In this document: piece after piece, positions 62,940-64,000 of the stretch
Layout of the letters: every line of letters starts with the position of its first letter
Position numbering within the stretch: the first letter of the stretch is position 1
Source of the DNA: the human T2T-CHM13v2.0 reference genome, Homo sapiens
Assembly (NCBI RefSeq): GCF_009914755.1
Contig: NC_060925.1
Direction: 5' to 3' (one strand)
Length of the DNA stretch: 64,000 bases
Made by a program: the position numbers and the translations under genes
The notes under the pieces: generated by a model
Told to the model about the DNA's origin: nothing
What the model saw: only the letters and a program-made list of their open reading frames with translations
Database searches by the model: none

Positions 62940-64000
62940 AGTTTGAAAGGAAGAACTAAAACTGTTTATTTGCCAATGACATAATGTCTGGTGTAGAAAA
63001 TCCCAAAGAATCTAAAAACCAAAAATCAAGCAAAGAAAACCCTCATAGAACTAATAGTTGGGTTTACCACAGTTGCAGAATACAAGATCAATATACAAAA
63101 ATCAATTGTATTTCTGTATACTATCAATGACCGTGTGGAAACCAAAATTTAAAACACAGTATTCATTTACATTATCACCTCCTCAAAATAAAAAATATGT
63201 AAGTATAACCAACAAAACATGTACAGGACTGCTGAAAACTTCAAAATGATGATGAAAGAAATTAAAGAAGAAGTAAATAAATGGAAAAACATATTGTGTT
63301 TATGGATTGGCAGATTCAACATAGTGAAGATGCCAATTCTCCTGAAATTGATTTATTAGTTTAACACAATTCTCCTGAAATTGACTTATTACTTTAACAC
63401 AATTCTTATCAAAACTCCAGCAAGGTTTTTTTGAAGACTTAGACAAGATTATTATAAAAGTTACGTGGAAAGGCAATGGATTAGAATAATTGAAACAATT
63501 TCCTGAAAGAATTAAATGGGAGGAATCACTCTATCTGATTAAGATTTACTTCATAGCAACAGACAATAGAGACGATGTATATTAGTGAAGGAACAGATAG
63601 ATCAATGAAATTGAATAGAAAAGCCAGAATTAAATCCACAAAAGTACAGTCAACTGATCGTCAATGGAGGAAGAATAGCCTTTTAAACAGACAGTGCTGG
63701 AAAAGTTGGACATCCTTAGGCAAAAAGAAAGAAAAAAATGAACTTCAATCTATATCTCCTATCTTATACAAAGGTAATTCAAAATTCCTTATAGATTTAA
63801 ATGTAAAATGTAAAACTATAAAACTTTTAGAAAACATAAGAGAAAATCTTTAGGAGCTAGGGCAAGGTGAAGAGTTCTTAGACATGACACTAAAAGCACA
63901 ATCAACAAAAGAAAAAATCCATTAAGTTGTACTTCATTTAAATTTTAAAATTTTGCTCTGTGAAAGACTATAAAAGAGATGAAAAGACATGCTATAGACT
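62940..64000 (+). mobile_element. Old L1M ORF2 fragment
   Basis: gaagaactaaaactgtttatttgccaatgac...aaaactataaaacttttagaaaacataagagaaaatc. Confidence 0.88.

Noticed and set aside
63336-63405. 33-bp tandem duplication
   Set aside because: Local slippage within an old L1; no functional indication.

Overview
Repeat-dense human/hominoid genomic DNA (Alu S/Y, L1PA/L1M, L2/MIR, HERV-H LTR7/LTR7B, a MER4-type provirus, THE1C, MADE1, and a PGBD4/MER75 piggyBac relic). No intact protein-coding gene is visible, and most ORFs in the track are Alu-derived or chance. The main hidden signal is on the minus strand from ~62.6 kb down to ~29.8 kb: about 17 decayed exons, mostly bounded by AG/GT, whose splice phases largely chain. 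Exons 2-6 splice into an MA3/MI domain (the eIF4A-binding HEAT domain of eIF4G/PDCD4), followed by a long low-complexity C-terminal region. This looks like an unprocessed, possibly unitary, pseudogene of an eIF4G/PDCD4-related translation regulator. It carries stops, frameshifts, a mutated acceptor and an ERV1 LTR inside its last exon. Other notable items are two back-to-back HERV-H solo LTRs, multi-layer nested insertions, and an LTR22 junction with templated inverted filler DNA. Repeat subfamily names and protein alignments are from memory, not from a search.
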